A stretch of DNA of 63,880 bases, filler included, from Octopus bimaculoides (lineage: Eukaryota): NCBI RefSeq assembly GCF_001194135.2. It is 7 parts of 7 records of this genome, joined end to end, with 100 filler letters (N's around TTAATTAATTAA, not from the genome) between each part and the next. Parts side by side here need not be neighbours in the genome. Positions count along the whole stretch, not along the records: positions 57,023 to 62,746 come from NC_069007.1; positions 62,847 to 63,880 come from NC_069010.1; 5 more parts are not named here. The stretch is one strand, 5' to 3'. The notes under the pieces are model-generated. The model had not been told where the DNA came from. It saw only the letters and a list, made by a program, of their open reading frames with translations, and made no database searches. Each line of letters starts with the position of its first letter. Position 1 is the stretch's first letter. Shown here piece by piece: positions 61,466 to 63,880 of the stretch. Position numbers and translations under genes: made by a program.

Positions 61466-61632
61466 AGCACCCACTACACTCTCGGAGTGGTTGGCGTTAG
61501 GAAGGGCATCCAGCTGTAGAAACTCTGCCAGATCAGATTGGAGCCTGGTGTAGCCATCTGGCTCAGCAGTTCTAAGTCAAATCGTCCAACCCATGCTAGC
61601 ATGGAAAGCGGACGTTAAACGATGATGATGAT
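61466..61632 (+). mobile_element. Repeat family D copy (an inverted copy lies at 62575-62746)
   Basis: near-identical to 10063-10243. Confidence 0.78.
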
Positions 61633-61830
61633 ATATACACATACATACATATATACACATATATATAGATACTCTTTCTATTAAAGCTGCAAAAACAAAC
61701 AGGAATGTGAAACTCTGAGTCACAGTTTTTTGTGTCTTTCCTGCAGCTTTAATAAAAAAAGCATATTACTCTACCTTTTGTATTCGAGTACTATTTCCAC
61801 CTCGTTTCACATTTATGGGCTTACTCACAT

Positions 61831-61865
<35 letters not shown>

Positions 61866-62746
61866 ATGTTTTCAGTGATGACCACACCCCATCCTAGGAG
61901 AGATTACCACCCTTGAACTCATTTCAATAGAATAGCAAATGACTAATAAATGAATGGAAGTCAAAATTGAAAGGGGGGGTACCTCCCTCCCCCTCTTTCT
62001 ACCTATGTCTATCTATCTATCTATCTTCACTGTCCTGGAACCTCACCTCAAAAAACAAAAAACAATGTTCTCTTCTAAACAAAAACAAAAAAAAACATGT
62101 TTTATATAAATAAACAATGTGTTTGTACATTCACAAAAATATTTTATTTGACGAGTTCAAAAAACGAATGAAGGTGCTAATAATAATGACTAAATTTTTT
62201 TTTAATTCTTTTTCCAAAATTCTGGCAACCTCCTCCTTTTTTCCTCAATATTCATTATCTGTACATCACACACACATATATTTTTTCAGAATCTCCTTGA
62301 TTCTTTTAATACATTTGTTCCCTGGTATTAAATTGATATTAATTAATATCCAATCTTTTACCCTACTGTTTTAATTTTTATATATATTTTTTATTCTTCG
62401 AAACGCTGGTGTTTTAATGGTGGCAGCTGATGAAGGATATGTTCTCTATGTGGCCTGTGTGTTTTTTGTACCTTGTTTATCATTTTGTCCATGTTCTTTT
62501 GCAGCATCATGTACCCAGATATGTATCTGTATGTACATGTAGATGAAGGTATGTACATACATGTACATATATATGCATCATCATCATCATCGTTTAACGT
62601 CCGCTTTCCATGCTAGCATGGGTTGGACGATTTGACTGAGGACTGGTGAAACCGGATGGCAACACCAGGCTCCAGTCTGATTTGGCAGAGTTTCTACAGC
62701 TGGATGCCCTTCCTAACGCCAACCACTCAGAGAGTGTAGTGGGTGC

Positions 62747-62846
62747 NNNNNNNNNNNNNNNNNNNNNNNNNNNNNNNNNNNNNNNNNNNNTTAATTAATT
62801 AANNNNNNNNNNNNNNNNNNNNNNNNNNNNNNNNNNNNNNNNNNNN
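62747..62846. other. Artificial 100-bp scaffold spacer
   Basis: 44 N + TTAATTAATTAA + 44 N. Confidence 0.97.
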
Positions 62847-63088
62847 AACCCTGCTGTACTCTTCCACCACAACTTTCTCTCACTCTTACTTCCTGTTTCT
62901 GTGGTGCCTGTAATTCAAAGGGTCAGCCTTGTCACACTGTGTCACGCTGAATATCCCCGAGAACTACGTTAAGGGTACACGTGTCTGTGGAGTGCTCAGC
63001 CACTTGCACGTTAATTTCACAAGCAGGCTGTTCTGTTGATCGGATCAACTGGAACCCTCGACGTCGTAAGCGACGGAGTGCCAACAAT
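62847..63088 (+). mobile_element. SINE family B partial copy
   Basis: near-identical to 30806-31050. Confidence 0.8.
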
Positions 63089-63660
63089 ATAGATACATAC
63101 ACACACACACATATATATACATACACACATATATACATGCATACGCACACACACTCAACAGACTTCCCCAAAATATTTGTCTACTAAATTCACTCCCAAG
63201 GCATCACTTGCCTCATGGCTATAGAAGAATACACTTGTCCAAAGTACAGTGGGACTAGACCCAAAACTACATGGTTTCAAAGCGAGCTTTTTTTTAGAGA
63301 GAACTTTGTCAGTGAGCAGTTCCAGAGCTGAATGTAGGTTAAAAACCTGTGGTCTATTCACTCCCAATTTGCATACACATACACACATGCACACACACAC
63401 CTGTTTTTTCTACATGGATATTTATTTGCTTGCATCTGTTGTTGTTCTTTCAGTTCACTGCTGGGATTATCGACGTTTTGTTGTGAAGAATTCCAACAGT
63501 GTAACCTTACAAGATGAGTTTGATTTCACAACTACTAAAATCTGCAACAATTTTTCCAACTACTCTTCTTGGCACTACCGGAGCAAACTCCTGCCTCTGC
63601 TCCTCCCAGACCCTCGTCAGCCAGCTGGCACCAAAGAAGAGGCCATTCTTGAAGGTAATA

Positions 63661-63880
63661 TTAACCCTTTAGCATTCAGATTAATCTAACAAATGTAATG
63701 CTTATTGATTTACATTATTTTGAAGTCATCATGCACCATCACATGATTTCGAGATTTCGATGATGTGACTGTTTATTTTTAGGATGACATTGTAGGATAG
63801 GTGTGAGAGGCCAGATCTGGCTGATTTGAAGATAAAACAGGTAGAATATTTTGGCTGGATATGGCCGGTTTGAATGCTAA
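63661..63880. mobile_element. TTAA-flanked MITE, opposite orientation to 15261, cut by the window end
   Basis: reverse complement of the 15261-15488 interior; left TIR intact. Confidence 0.88.

Overview
Repeat-rich animal genomic DNA, most likely Octopus (inferred from the SINE/MITE repertoire and the (AT)n/(AAT)n/(GAT)n load). It is not one contiguous locus: six identical 100-bp spacers (44 N + TTAATTAATTAA + 44 N) join seven segments. Segment 1 (1-28950) holds the 3' 13 coding exons of HMG-CoA reductase (HMGCR, + strand; 502 visible codons plus stop, all GT-AG and phase-consistent). Other genes are an orphan 867-nt terminal exon encoding an acidic, Tyr-motif-rich tail (39613-40479) and an intact tRNA-Arg(UCU) (58205-58277). 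The rest is mobile DNA: tRNA-derived SINEs, RTE LINE pieces, a mariner, TTAA-ended MITEs, mini-Helitrons, R4/Dong-like pieces in (AAT)n, and Penelope-type minimal hammerhead motifs. The most unusual structure is a head-to-tail array of Tx1/L1-like retroelements at 45385-50805. There, an ORF1-only polyadenylated unit sits between two other units, and both junctions share a near-identical ~46-nt sequence although the ORF1s are well diverged. Other notable points: an RTE ORF ending in three C2H2 fingers, and loss of the AMPK-site serine in HMGCR. All family assignments come from motif recognition by eye; no searches were run.
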